Below are positions 37,579 to 51,564 of a DNA stretch of 64,000 nucleotides, piece by piece. The notes beneath the pieces were generated by a model. The model saw only the letters and a program-made list of their open reading frames with translations, did not search any database and had not been told where the DNA came from. The DNA lies in contig NC_043006.1 in the NCBI RefSeq assembly GCF_006345805.1, forward strand, positions 104,160,001 through 104,224,000, given 5' to 3'. The DNA comes from Octopus sinensis. Taxonomy: Eukaryota. How positions within the stretch are numbered: the stretch's first letter is position 1; each line of letters opens with the position of its first letter. The translations under genes were made by a program, and so were the position numbers.

Positions 37579-38521
37579 ACATGTCTTTATGAACGAATGA
37601 ATATATGAATGTATGTATGTGAATGTGTGTGTATGTGTGTGTGTGTATGTGTGCGTGTGTGCGTGTGTGTACTACAAAATGTTGCTGTTCGTCAGCTTTT
37701 GTCAGCTTTATCAACTAAAGAGGAACAGAGTACTTATTACAAAGTGTAGATCATATTGTTCATTTAAACGGCATTTTTTTTTTGTGGTTCGTGTTTCAAC
37801 GACATACTTTGGTATTCATTAAGCAAGATCCGTCTTCTTTTCTAATTCGGCAGGTTTTTGATTTTTACAAAAACAATCGTTCTTTTTCAATTTTTATAAA
37901 CAAAGGATCTTTTTCATTCCAAGTTTCCATTGGCTGTTTTACTTTTTTACTCCTATTTCTTTAGAGCATTAACTATTGTTGTCATCGCTTCATATTATTT
38001 ACATCAGTAGTTGTTCGGCATATTCTTTTCTATGGCGTAATCATAGCCTTTGTGTTAACTAAGCTCTGTCATGTTTTACTAGAGTTGTTTATTTGTATGG
38101 TTTTCATAAATTGGTTAGTTCAGTAGTTGTCCTCTCTCTGCCTGTTGTTTATGTCATGCATATCCTGTTTCACTAAAACGTTTGTTCTTTTTATTTCGCG
38201 AATTGTTATTTCCTACCTAAAGTTTCTAAAGATGTTTTTAATATAATCTGCAAGGGAAAGGCATTACGTTCTATATCTGATATCTCTAAAAAACGATTAT
38301 ATCCTGTTGGTTAATTTCCTTTAGTGTTCTCTTATTTCAGGCATTGTTTTGCCGCTATTTCTATTTACGCTGGTATTATGGCATGGGATGTTTAGCTCCC
38401 ACAAGATTTTAAAAGAATTCACTCCAGTGTCTGCAATGTGGTAGCTACACATTTCTATTCTTGAGCAAGAATATTAGCAATATAAGTGTTTATTTCCTGT
38501 GAGGTATAGGAATCCCATCAT

Positions 38522-38932
38522 GGCGAGCTGGCAGAAACGATGACACGACGGACGAAATGCTTAGCGGTATTTCGTCTGCCGCTACGTTCTGAGTTCAAAT
38601 TCCGCCGAGGTTGACTTTGCCTTTCGTCCTTTCGGGGTAGATTAAATAAGTACCAGTCACGCACTGGGGTCGATGTAATCGACTTAATCCGTTTGTGTGT
38701 CCTTGTTTGTCCCCTCTGTGTTTAGCCCCTTGTCGGTAGTAAAGAAATAGGTATTTCGTCTGCCGCTACGTCCTGAGTTCAAATATCGACAAGGTCGACT
38801 TTGTCTTTCATCCTTTTGGGGTAGATTAAATAAGTACCAGTTACGCACTGGGGTCGATGTAATCGACTTAATCCGTTTGTCTGTCTTTGTTTGTCCTCTC
38901 TGTGTTTAGCCCCTTGTGGGTAGTAAAGAAAT
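38522..38932 (+). mobile_element. Meta-like SINE: head plus 2 tandem bodies
   Basis: Internal junction AAAGAAATAG|GTATTTCG at ~38750. 20-bp TSD AGGTATAGGAATCCC(A/T)TCAT at 38502-38521 and 38933-38952. Confidence 0.9.
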
Positions 38933-39218
38933 AGGTATAGGAATCCCTTCATTGTACCAGTTATCTAAGGAGTTTCACTGTTCGTAATTGTATATCTTGT
39001 ATTTAAAATTCATTTTCATATTATTCTACACTGAAATACAAATACGTTTCCATAAAAGCAAAAATAAGAATTAAAACCATTGCGTCTCTCTTGTACGTGT
39101 TGGCCTGCGAATGTTTGTGTCGTGTGAACCTGATTTAAACGTGTTGCATGCCGTGGTTGTTAAATGCTAAAGAATATAATCCTTCTGGTTGTTTCCAATA
39201 TAGGTTTTATCTTACAAT

Positions 39219-39276
<58 letters not shown>

Positions 39277-39279
39277 TTA

Positions 39280-39676
39280 CAACGTAAAAGCAGTGTTATT
39301 GTATAGGGCTGAGACATGGCGAACAACAGTTAAGTCAAATAAGCAAATAGAATCATTCATCAACAGATGCTTGCGTAGTATACTTGAAATTAAATGGCCC
39401 CAACACATAAGCAATATGGAGCTATGGCAAAGAACAAATCAAGTTTCGATTAGGGAGCAAATAAGAAAAGATACACCAAATGTAGCGAAAAGTGGTTTAC
39501 AGTGGAATACGGATGGATATAGGAAGAGAGGTAGGTCGAAAAACACGTGGCGTAGATCAACACAAAAGGAACTAGAGAAAGGGGGTCATTCATGGCAGAG
39601 TATAAATACAGAAGCGAAAAATTATGCGACATGGAATTCAATTATAAGTGGCTTATACTCCGAGTTGGAGGGTTAA
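39280..39676 (+). pseudogene. RTE-clade LINE 3' fragment
   Basis: VLLY.AETW, INRCLRSIL.IKW...ISN.ELW.RT and GYRKRGRSKNTWRR. Confidence 0.85.
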
Positions 39677-39848
39677 AGGCAGGAAAAAATATAATTGAAA
39701 AGTGGGAGTCAACATGTACGGTTGGACATTTATTTGCTATCACTACAATTGTTTCTACCCAACGTAGTCCTCCAGGCAAGAAGGTACTTGGTTATGCAAC
39801 CGTTTCTTTGCAGTGTGATATCTTAAGAGAATATAAAATAACTATATA

Positions 39849-40046
39849 CAGGGTTTGCCGGAAGTCACCCGACAGTAAATCAAAATTCCATAAATACTAT
39901 CTGTAATTCCGTATTGACTCGAATGGGAAAATGTGTTGCTCAAGAAGGACTTCAGTTTGAACAATTTTCCTGATGCGTTTATTAAATTCATTCACTTAGA
40001 ATTAAAGGGTTTTGATTTACTGTCCGGTGACTTTTGGCCAACTTTG
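39849..40046. mobile_element. Tc1/mariner-type MITE, 198 bp
   Basis: TIRs CAGGGTTTGCCGGAAGTCACCCGACAGTAAATCAAAA and TTTTGATTTACTGTCCGGTGACTTTTGGCCAACTTTG, with TA flanks. Confidence 0.85.
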
Positions 40047-40146
40047 TATATGTGTGTGTGTGTGTGTGTATGTATATATATATATATATCAATACACACA
40101 CACACATATATGCATACATATATAAATACACACATACATACATACA

Positions 40147-40180
<34 letters not shown>

Positions 40181-40206
40181 CATACATACATACATACATA
40201 CATACA

Positions 40207-40237
<31 letters not shown>

Positions 40238-40424
40238 CTGTATGGCTTTGGCGATATAAATAGGAAATGGGTTTATATATCTTTTACTTGTTTTAGTCAT
40301 TTTACGGCGGCCATGTGAAGAATTTTTAGTCTAAATTATCGACCCCAGTACTTATGCTTTTAAAGCGTGGTACTTATTCTATTGTCTTTTACTGCTGAAC
40401 CGATAAGTTTAGGGGACATATCTA

Positions 40425-40483
<59 letters not shown>

Positions 40484-40494
40484 CTATCTATCTA

Positions 40495-40526
<32 letters not shown>

Positions 40527-40651
40527 GATAGATAGACAGATAGATAGATAGATAGATACATACATACATACATCCATCCATACATACATACATACATACA
40601 TACACACACACACATACACACATATATATTTATGTATAAGAAATATGAATA

Positions 40652-41065
40652 TAGGTGCAGGAATGGCTGTGTGGTAAGTAGCTTGCTTACCAATCACATG
40701 GTTCCGGGTTCAGTCCCACTGCATGGCACCTTGGGCAAGTGTCTTCTACTATAGCGTCGGGCCGACCAAAGGCTTGTGGGTGGATTTGATAGACGGAAAC
40801 TGAAAGAAGCCCGTCGTATATATGTATATATATATGTGTGTTTGTGTGTGTTTATGTTTGTGTGTCTGTTGTCCCCCCAACATCGCTTGACAACCGATGC
40901 TGGTGTGTTTACGTCCCCGTAACTTTGCGGTTCAGCAAAAGAGATCCGACAGAATAAGTACTAGACTTACAAAGAATAAGTCCTGGGGTCGATTTGCTCG
41001 ACCAAAGGCGGTGCTCCAGCATGGCCGCAGCCAAATGACTGAAGCAAGTAAAAGAGTAAAAGAGT
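40652..41065 (+). mobile_element. CORE-like SINE, full length
   Basis: Same family as 37177. Confidence 0.9.
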
Positions 41066-41424
41066 ATATATTAATACTTATATGTATCGTGCACGTGTGA
41101 GTGTGTGTTGTTTAGATTATCATTTTCTGATAGGATATTTATTGCTCGTTATTGCAAAAGAAACCGTGAAAAGTAGAACAAAAGTTTGCACGTACCCAGG
41201 ACAGACACAGCTGCATTCGGTTACGTAGTGAGACAAAAGCAATTATAATACCGTCATATATATTGTGATGATGTTCAGTTGATTACATTGATTCTAGTAC
41301 TTATCGACAAGAGGACGGTCATAGGAAAATCGACCCGGGCGACAATTAGATACCTCTGGGTAAAGTTGTAAATAAAGGTCACGTACTATTTTTTCGATAT
41401 TTTATCGATTTATCCAATACAATT

Positions 41425-41629
41425 ACTCTTACTCTTTACTCTTTTACTTGTTTCAGTCATTTGACTGCGGCCATGCTGGAGCACCGCCTTTAGTCGAGCA
41501 AATCGACCCCGGGACTTATTCTTTGTAAGCCCAGTACTTATTCTATCAGTCTCTTTTGCCGAACCGCTAATTGACGGGGACGTAAACACATCAGCATCGG
41601 TTGTCAAGCAATGCTAGGGAGACAAACAT

Positions 41630-41662
<33 letters not shown>

Positions 41663-41876
41663 ATATATATATTATATATATATATATATATATAATATAT
41701 ATATCATACATATATACGACAGGCTTCTTCTCTCTGTTTCCGTCTACCAAATCCACTCAGAAGGCATTGGTCGGCCCGGGGCTATATCAGAAGACACATG
41801 CTCAAGATGCCACGCGGTGGGACTGAACCCGGAACCATGTGGTTGGTTAGCAAGCTACTTACCACAGAGCCACTCC
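41425..41876 (-). mobile_element. CORE-like SINE, full length
   Basis: Reverse complement of the same family, with internal (TA)n. Confidence 0.9.
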
Positions 41877-42520
41877 TTACCACACACCTACTTCATTTAA
41901 ATTTATAATTATTTTCAATGTTAACAATATCTAAAAATTATTGTTTCAAGATGCAGGAATGATAGCTGAACCAACAAAATGTATAATGAATATAACAAGA
42001 TACAGCAAGGTTGAAGAGGGTCTGCATGGATCGAATTATTAGGGTATGAAGCTTCTAATTTTAGTATTGGTATTTTGTATTCTGTTTCCTGTCTTGTGAA
42101 ATGACTATAGAAGAGATATTATTTATCAATGGCTTAAGGTGGAACAAATATTTAGAGATATTATATGCGTTTGACATCAGAGTTGGAAATGCTAAAATGT
42201 CTGGACTTTAATGATAGTAAAAAACAAGAATTATTGTTTGGCTTATTGCAATGAACAGCGGGGGATGTGATAAATTCGGAAAGTAGAAATAGTAAAGGTC
42301 AATGCGTCATAGATCTGTATTGCATTCGAATATATCAATAATAGTCAGATGCTGGTGTTTAGCTTATGGAAGATTGCAGAAATTTTAGGATGAGGCTAGA
42401 AGAAGACCATGTGTTTCTTTTACTGAAAAACGAAGAAACGTCGAAGACTGAAAATGAAGCAAGCAAAAACAAGAAAGACCAAATAAAACAACACACAACA
42501 AAAGTAAAGTATAGATGGTA

Positions 42521-42926
42521 TAGGCGTAGGAGTGGCTGTGTGGTAAGTAGCTTGCTTACCAACCACATGGTTCCGGGTTCAGTCCCACTGCGTGGCACCT
42601 TGGGCAAGTATCTTCTGCTATAGCCTCGGGCCGACCAAGGCCTTGGATTTGGTAGACGAAACTGAAAGAAGCCCGCCGTATATATGTATATATGTATATG
42701 TGTGTATATGTGTGTGTCTGTGTTTGTCCCTCCAACATCGCTTGACAACCGATGATGGTGTGTTTACGTTCCCGTAACTTAACGGTTCGGCAAAAGAGAT
42801 CGATAGAATAAGTACTAGGCATACAAAGAATAAGTTCTGGGATCGATTTGCTCGACCAAAGGCGGTGCTCCAGCATGGCCACAGTCACATGACTGAAACA
42901 AATAAAAGAGTAAAAGAATAAAAGAA
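42521..42926 (+). mobile_element. CORE-like SINE, full length
   Basis: Same family. Confidence 0.9.
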
Positions 42927-43239
42927 TGGGAACGGAAGCAATACCATGAAAATATAATATTGTCTTTATTGGGAATTTAAAATAATCTAATTCTGATATA
43001 TAAAGAACAAAAACGATAACAACATCGAACCAGTGAAAGAATGGATCTCTGTCGGTGTCGATGATGATTCTCTATTTATTTGATCAGCTTAACTACTAGG
43101 TCAATGAATTTGCGTCTAAGTAGCTGAGTACACCATAGACGAAACATAGCACAAGCTATTTTTACCGACACTCTACCATTTCTACCTATCCAACACCGTT
43201 GATATCACTAGGTAGCAGCGGTGATAAGCACTCTTTAAC

Positions 43240-43546
43240 TGGCACACCGTCGGTTACGTTACGATGACGAGGGCTCCACTTGATCCGATCAACGGAACAG
43301 CCTACCCGTGACTTTAACGTGCAAGTAACTGAGAATTTCATAGACACGCGTACCCTTAATGTAGTTCTCAGAGAGATCCAGTGTGACACGCTATATGACA
43401 AGGATGTCCCTTTAAAATACAAGTGCTACTGATTTTTGCCAGCTGAGTGGACTGGAGCAACGTGAAATAGAGCGTCACCAGGAATCGAACTCACGATCTT
43501 ACGAAAGTAAGCCGAATACCCTAAACAGTAAGCCACGCGCCTTCAC
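43240..43546 (-). mobile_element. tRNA-derived SINE with tail type 1 and a different head
   Basis: The tail matches 9395-9570. Head GTGAAGGCGCGTGGCTTA...GAGTTCGATTCC. Confidence 0.75.
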
Positions 43547-44007
43547 ACACATACTTTGACATACGCATCCTTAAATACTCTCATTCTCATATAAATTGGA
43601 CAAAACCTTCCATCACCAGGCTGTACTTAGTTTAAACATCGAAACCACAGGTCTAATCGCCACACCAAAGCATTTAATTAAGGACGCCATCTAACGGGAC
43701 AAGAGAACACAGACTTACTAGCCAACCAATTGTAAGCAGGAGAACCATTTCAGCAGACGCCACTGGACAACTATATAATCCAATGGCAAATTATCAATTA
43801 TTACCTGATTTAAACGGCCTAGAAATGGTATTAGTGTAACACTTCACTGATTCTGTATAAATCGATGGTGTTGCAATATTATTGGGTATATAGCTGAGAC
43901 TAGAAGACACAGACGGAATTGATCTGACAGTTATAAATAAGTAAAAAGGTTGGGCCATTCACGGTGTTTGATGCGTCATTGAACTATATGCGTGTGTACT
44001 ATATATA

Positions 44008-44051
<44 letters not shown>

Positions 44052-44280
44052 ATATATACATATATAAATCTGTGAGTGTGTATGCATGTATATATGTATA
44101 TGTATATACATACACATGTATATATATCTATGTATGTGTATATACATGCATGCATATATACATATACATGTATGGATGTATGTATCAATATATGAATCAA
44201 AGATAGATATCGAATAGAAAAAAGACAATTAAGGAGAATCGAGGAACCAAATATAAGGAAATAACACATTAATGACGTTA

Positions 44281-44312
<32 letters not shown>

Positions 44313-44661
44313 TAGTAGTAGTAGTAGTAGTAGTAGCAGGAGCAGCAGCAGCAGTTACAAAGAATGAAGATAATGAAATGCAATGAATGAAAACCTAACA
44401 AAAGCAAATATGTTACTGACTCACCCTTGGCCTGAAACTTGGGAAATTTGATCATCGAAACATGATCGGATTGTGGGATTAGGGTGAAGTACATATCATC
44501 CTGGGCCATTTGTAGACTGAGATCCTGAAATATGAACCACTCAAAACCCTTGCCTTAGGGATTCCGTAAGCGTACGTCTCGAGAACAAATTCGTTTCGCT
44601 GTGTCGTAATGCAGCATTTTTCTAGGAAGACAACCAGCATTACGTCTATCTCTATTTTCAG

Positions 44662-44820
44662 AATATTTCACCGTTCACTTCTTTGTGAAAGGTACTACCG
44701 TTCTTTGACAGGTTTGGATTTTAATTCCACAGGGTTGCACACAAGCTTTCATCAACTTCGTGAAAAATGCAAGATGAAGGCAGACAGACAGATGTTGCCT
44801 TCTAGTGTGTTGAATGAAAG
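44662..44820 (+). CDS. Candidate internal coding exon of an unidentified host gene
   Basis: Acceptor TCTCTATTTTCAG and donor AAG|GTGTGT. 159 nt (a multiple of 3, phase 2-2), stop-free and non-repetitive: IFHRSLLCERYYRSLTGLDFNSTGLHTSFHQLREKCKMKADRQMLPSSVLNE. Confidence 0.4.
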
Positions 44821-44984
44821 GTGTGTGTAGCAAGACTGGCGAAAATGACTGGACTAACATGAATATGGTTTTCTAACTTGAAGGAAAGACGTGGAAAAGG
44901 ACTGTTTCGATGTCTTGGATATAGCCAAGTAATTATCACTTTTATACGAGGATTTGCCGCAAATTTCGCTTCCAAAGTTTAGCA

Positions 44985-45177
44985 CAAGGCCAGTAAAATT
45001 GGGTCGCGTTAAGTCGATGACATCGACCTCAGAGCCCAACTGGTACTTATTTATTCGATCCCGAATGATGAAAGGCAAAGTCGACTTCAGCTGTATTTGA
45101 ACTCAGAACGTAAAGATGGACGAAATGTTACTAAGCATTTTGTCCGTCCTGCTAACGATTCTGCCAGCTCACCGCCA
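44985..45177 (-). mobile_element. Diverged Meta-like SINE
   Basis: Reverse complement of the head plus domain. Confidence 0.75.
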
Positions 45178-45332
45178 TCGAAAAATATTGAACGACTCTT
45201 AATAGTTGAAAGATTTTATTGTTGTATATTCTATATCTGCTCACTTATTTTGATTCGAGATAAATCCCATTTCTCTCTTTGTATGTCGTTGTTGTAGCGT
45301 GAATAATTTAGGTCCTTGCTGCCAATTAAATA

Positions 45333-45336
<4 letters not shown>

Positions 45337-45377
<41 letters not shown>

Positions 45378-45795
45378 GTCATCATCTTCATCATCATCAT
45401 CCTCACCATCATCATTACCATCATCATCATCGTCACCACCATCATCGTCACCATCATCATCACCATCATCATCACCATCACCATCATCATCTTCATCATC
45501 GTCACTATCATCATCATCATCATCATCATAATCATCATCATCATCGTCACCACCATCATCGTCACCATCATCATCATCATCACTATCACCATCATCATCA
45601 TCATCGTCACCACCATCATCATCATCATCATTATCATCACCATCATCATCATTATCATCACCATCATCATCATCATCACCATATCATCATCATCATCACC
45701 ATCATCACCATCATCATCATCACCATCACCATCATCATCATCATCATCATCATCATCACCATCACCACCACCATCATCATCATCATCATCATCAT

Positions 45796-45827
<32 letters not shown>

Positions 45828-46002
45828 CCACCATCATCACCACCATCACCATCACCATCATCATCATCATCATCATCACATCACCATCACCACCACCATC
45901 ATCATCATCATCATCATCATCATCACCATCACCATCACCATCATCATCATCACCATCATCACCACCATCACCATCATCATCATCATCATTATCATCATCA
46001 TC

Positions 46003-46051
<49 letters not shown>

Positions 46052-46056
46052 CCACC

Positions 46057-46113
<57 letters not shown>

Positions 46114-46120
46114 TTCATCA
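45337..46120. repeat. (CAT)n/(CAC)n compound microsatellite, ~780 bp
   Basis: Seen directly. Explains the 288-aa poly-His/Ile/Ser ORF. Confidence 0.95.
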
Positions 46121-46776
46121 TTCCTGTATTCAAAGCAAACATACTCCTTCCATATCAGATTTTAGGTGGTGTCTTCCACATTATATTTAATGTTTTCTTC
46201 TATTTCAACTTCCCAGTTCATTTATCGCTCATTATTTGCCTAATTTATTACAAGGACCGCTTAAATATTCATGCTTATTATTGTATTTGTTTGCATCTAA
46301 CGTTGTTTTCAGTCTGTAATATCTCTTCAACTTATTTTTCTTGTTTGGCATTTGTGTCGAGCTGTCTGATATTTAAGCATCTTACAATTTTCATTTGGAT
46401 AAATTCTCTCATATTTATACCTTTCGTCTAGCGTACCTATGCTACGCTTCCAATATGCCGCAGTACTTACTTTCCTTTTTACTCTATCAAACTCACATCA
46501 TTTTATTTTCGAAGCTGCTTTCAAGTTGCTTTTCATCTGCAGCGGGAACTATGTCGTTGTCTAAATGCAAATGATTTTCAGTGGATCTCTCATAGCATTG
46601 CCCTCCGACCCTAGCCTTGATTAATATGCTGGGTAAAGGTTTCAGTATCACGTAGAAACACTTCTTGGAACATTCAACAACTAATAGCAACGAAATTCTC
46701 TCTCTCCTTTTTTTAATTACCTCTTACCTGCATCAAGAGAAATGTATCCAGTTCCTCAACCCGAAGTAAATGTAAC

Positions 46777-46831
<55 letters not shown>

Positions 46832-46836
46832 CATTG

Positions 46837-47386
46837 AGAGAGTAGTGCATGCCATGAAAGTGACACTGGGGTAAAATATACGAAGTCCAGTATACCCATC
46901 ACGACTACCCGTCTGATAAGGGTACACCAGGCACATGCATCACAACCATATGTGCGCGACATGGTGATCTCATATCAAGATAAACAGCACATGACCTTGC
47001 AGGTGGGGCTCAGTTAGAATTTTCTTCAGGTTGAGTAGCCCATCCCGCTCAAAAGGTCCCTGAATAAGGGTTGTTTAAGGATGTTGAAAGAACCACCCAT
47101 GTTTCCAAAGGTGAACTATTCAAACCCCAAAGAATCCCTCTCAACACATGGCTATGATGCACCCCCACTACTTCTGCTTGTGATCAGAGATGCACATATC
47201 GTCAGCCACTAAGGGACATGCTCAACTGGTTAAGGTCAAACAACTGACAAGCAAATCTGTGGCATTGAGCAGAATATTTGCTGTAGCCCATCTTTTATAC
47301 TAAGTCAAAAATTTGTACATGATTACACTTCCAATCAGTTAAGATCAGAAGCCATGAGAGCCACTGTCTGCTACTGCATCAGGGCA
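46837..47386 (-). mobile_element. ~550-bp non-coding dispersed element embedded in (ATT)n
   Basis: Flanked both sides by (ATT)n. A partial homolog lies at 31095-31246, also next to (AAT)n. Orientation inferred from the (AAT)n tail. Confidence 0.65.
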
Positions 47387-47395
47387 TTATTATTA

Positions 47396-47436
<41 letters not shown>

Positions 47437-47579
47437 GATAACATTCCCTGGAACGGAAGAAATTTAGTGGACCTATTTTAGAAAGAATGGTAGATTTTCA
47501 TTTTTGAAGTCTTCATAGTTTCTTCCTTTAAAATATTCTTGTCGTTCATCTACATTAATTTCTTCACGTCTCCATCGGT

Positions 47580-48184
47580 GTTTGAACGCAAAAGGTAGCG
47601 GCAGACGAAATACCTATTTCTTTATTGCCCACAAGGGGATAAACACAGAGGGGACAAACAAGGACAGACAAGCGGATTAAGTCTATTATATCGACCCCAG
47701 TGCGTAACTGGTACTTATTTGATCGACCCCGAAAGGGTGACAAGCAAAGTCGACCTCGGCGGAATTTGAACTCAGAACGTAACGGCAGACAAAATATCTA
47801 CAAGAGGCTAAACACAGAGAGGACAAACAAGGACAGACAAACGGATTAAGTCTATTATATCGACCCCAGTGCGTAATTGGTACTTATTTGATCGACCCCG
47901 AAAGGATGAAAGGCAAAGTCGACCTCGGCGGAATTTGAACTCAGAACGTAACGGCAGACAAAATATCTACAAGGGGCTAAACACAGAGAGGACAAACAAG
48001 GACAGACAAACGGATTAAGTCTATTATATCGACCCCAGTGCGTAACTGGTACTTATTTAAACAACCCCGAAAGGATGAAAGGCAAAGTCGACCTCGGTGG
48101 AATTTGAACCCAGAACGTAGCGGCAGACGAAATACGGCTACGCATTTCGCCCGGCGTGCTAACGTTTCTGCCAGCTCGCCGCTT
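47580..48184 (-). mobile_element. Meta-like SINE: head plus ~3.2 tandem bodies
   Basis: Head at 48184. Two internal junctions share the same deletion (CAGACAAAATATCTACAAG) and one has the full junction (47605-47625). Confidence 0.88.
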
Positions 48185-48567
48185 TCCCCTTGCTAAATAT
48201 TGTTTCCTAAACATATCTCACCCTCTTCTCCTTCCGCTTCAGCTAACTTTTTAACCACGTAATAGATAAGTATTCCTTCCTCAACCCCATCGTATGTCTT
48301 TAACAATTCTCTCTCCTTTTTCTCTCGTTCTTCACTCCTTCCTTCAGCTGGCCACATTTCGCCCGTTTTAATATTAGTCACTTTTCTCTATGCCTTCCTC
48401 TCTTCTTTCTTCACAGCTCTCTATCTCCTCCTCTCACTTTTACTCCACCTCTCACTCACTCCATCTCTCATTCACTTCACCTCTCTAACTAACTAGCAGG
48501 TTATTATTAAGTATATTTGACAATACTTATCAAAAATATTAATTGTTGTTGGTGGTGTTGTTGTTAA

Positions 48568-48965
48568 AGCGGCGAGCTGGCGGAACCGTTAGCACGCCGG
48601 GCGAAATGCGTAGCCGTATTTCGTCTGCCGTTACGTTCTGAGTTCAAATTCCGCCGAGGTTGACTTTGCCTTTCATCCTTTCGGGGTTGATAAAATAAGT
48701 ACCAGTTACGCACTGGGGTCGATATAATCGACTCAATCCGTGTGTCTGTCTTTGTTTGTCCCCTCTGTGTTTAGCCCCATGTGGATAGTAAAGAAATAGG
48801 TATTTTTGTCCGTCTTTACGTTCTACGCTCAAATTCCGCCGAGGTCGACTTTACCTTTCATTCCTTCGGGTTTGATTATATAAATATCTGTAGCGTTCAA
48901 AACAGAGGTCGATATCATCCACACACCCGTCTCCAGAAATTGCTGGCCTTGTGCCTATATTTGAA
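48568..48965 (+). mobile_element. Meta-like SINE: head plus body plus second diverged body
   Basis: Junction AAAGAAATAGGTATTT at ~48790-48805. Confidence 0.85.
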
Positions 48966-48981
48966 TCACCATCATCATCAC

Positions 48982-49033
<52 letters not shown>

Positions 49034-49238
49034 GTTGTTGTTGTTGTTGTTATTGTTGTTGTAATAGCATCACTGTAGTTAGCTAATTGATTTCCCATGA
49101 AATTACAATATTGAGATTATTACAACTGCTTCACTGTAAAATCACTTTATTTCCCATATCTTGTAATGTGTCATACCTCAACTAAAAGATGGACTACTTG
49201 CACAAAAATAAACGAATTTAATTGAAAATATACGTTTA

Positions 49239-49301
<63 letters not shown>

Positions 49302-49312
49302 ATATATTGTGT

Positions 49313-49378
<66 letters not shown>

Positions 49379-49429
49379 TATATGTATGTTTATATATATA
49401 TGTGTGTGTTTATTATATAATATATATAT

Positions 49430-50338
49430 CGCGAATGGGCCCCAACTATGCGAACCTGTTCGTTGGCTATGTTGAGGCCAAATATTCTCTAATTTCACTG
49501 GTCCCACTCCTGAACTATATGGTCGTTATATTGACGACATTATCGGTGCCAACTCACTCTCCGCGAACATCTAGATTCCTTCCTCTCTTTCGTCCAATCT
49601 TTCCATCCAGCCCTCCACTTCACTTCCACTATCTCCAACACCTCTGTCTCCTTCCTGACATTTCAGTTAGCATTCTTCACTCCACTCTTACCACCTCCAT
49701 TCACTACAAACACACAGACTCACACTCATACCTCAACTTCTCTTCCTCCCACCCAGAACACACCAAACTTTCCATCCCCTATTCCAATTCCTCCGTCTAC
49801 GTAGGCTCTGTAGTGACGACCATGACTTTGAGACTCAGTCTCAACGTATGACTCACCACTTCACCCTACGTGGATACCCCCTCACCACTATCCACACCGC
49901 CCTTGCCAGAGCACGGTCCGTGGACCGTGTATCTGCTCTCTCTCCCCGAACCCGCCCTGTAGTCTCCCGCCTCCCTTTTCCCTCACGTACCACCCACGAC
50001 CTACGTCTCCAACGCACCATTCTTCGAGCTTTCATCATCTCAGTCCGACCGTCCACTTCAACACTCTTCCCTAACCGACCCCTCCCCTCTTTCAACGAGC
50101 CCACAACCTTCGAGACCTTTTGGTCACTAGCTCTTCCCTGACCCTACCTCCCACCGGCTCGTTCCCCTGTTCCCGCCCACGTTGCCGCACTTGCCCTTAC
50201 CTCTCCAACACCACCCCGCCTCACTAGCACCAACCATAGACCTATCCCATCCTCACTCCTTCACCTGCACCTCCAGCAATATTATCTATTGCATCTCTTG
50301 CTCTCTCTGCAATTCCTTGTACACATCGGACAAACGGG
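49430..50338 (+). pseudogene. Penelope-like element (Neptune-like) RT plus GIY-YIG endonuclease remnant
   Basis: [37 protein letters not shown], Cys linker FPCSRPRCRTCPY and FTCTSSNIIYCISCSLC. Many frameshifts. Starts at (TA)n and is cut by the gap. Confidence 0.9.
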
Positions 50339-50438
50339 NNNNNNNNNNNNNNNNNNNNNNNNNNNNNNNNNNNNNNNNNNNNNNNNNNNNNNNNNNNNNN
50401 NNNNNNNNNNNNNNNNNNNNNNNNNNNNNNNNNNNNNN
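50339..50438. other. Assembly gap (100 N)
   Basis: Run of N. Confidence 1.
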
Positions 50439-50451
50439 ATATAAATATATG

Positions 50452-50514
<63 letters not shown>

Positions 50515-51344
50515 TAATATATATATTTATATATTACTTATTGTATCTGTGTCTGACCCCCCCATCGCTTGACAGCCGGTGTTAGTGGGTATATGTCCCT
50601 GTAAACTACCGGTTCAGCAAAAGAGACCGATGGAATAAGTACCAGGATCGACTAAAATTTCTAAATGCAGTGTCCCATCACGGCCGGAGTCTAATGATTG
50701 AAACAATATAAAGGATATATTGTATTTCCTTACAAAACGTAAAATTAAAGAACAGGAAACTACGTTTTCGGTTCAGCTATGGATCTTTGCCGGTCCTGCG
50801 TATCGCACGTGATGCCCAGGATAAATTTCATGGATCATATATGAAACATACCCAATATTTATTTTCAGCCTCCAGAGTATAACTCAGAACCTACGAAACA
50901 AGGGCTAATTAAAAGTCTGAAACCAAGCATGGATGTTTAGGACAAACGTATGAAAATTCTTTGACCACACACAAAGGCCTACGCGATAATATATCATTGA
51001 GTTTGATTTCAAATTTCACTTCTCCGTTGTCGATAATGTAGGTACTCTATCAAGAGCTGAAGTTGATTATATCGATCGGGTTCCTCTCAACATGCTTTCG
51101 CTTTGTGCCAAGTTTAGAAATCTATATTTAATATGAGAAAATCCAAACATCGATAGAAATAACAAATAACCGATACAGGCATCATCATTAAATCCATGGA
51201 TAAATGATATAAAATCCATGCAGCACATAAAATTCACTTTCCGATCGATATTTATATATCTCAATATTCTCACTGTTCAATATATATGTATGGGCATTTC
51301 TGTATGTATGTAGGTGTGTGTGTGTGTGTCTATGTATGTATGCA

Positions 51345-51443
51345 TGTATGTCATTATTCAGTTTTATTTTAAGATTTCTTGCCAATAGAAAAAGAGCCGG
51401 TTTCTAACCTAGATCCAAGGCTCCTTCATTGGAATTTCAACAT
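51345..51443 (-). mobile_element. Isolated 3' UTR of the R4/Dong-like element
   Basis: Reverse complement of ~20670-20775. Confidence 0.75.
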
Positions 51444-51564
51444 TGGAATGTATGAATGTATATATGTATTTATATATGAATATGTGTGTGTATAAATATG
51501 CACATACGTGTGTGTGCATGTGTGTGCGTGTGTGTATGTGTGTGTGTGTGTAATGTGTACTGTA

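Noticed and set aside
45299-46165. 288-aa poly-His/Ile/Ser ORF
   Set aside because: Translation of a (CAT/CAC)n microsatellite with frame slips. No gene signals.
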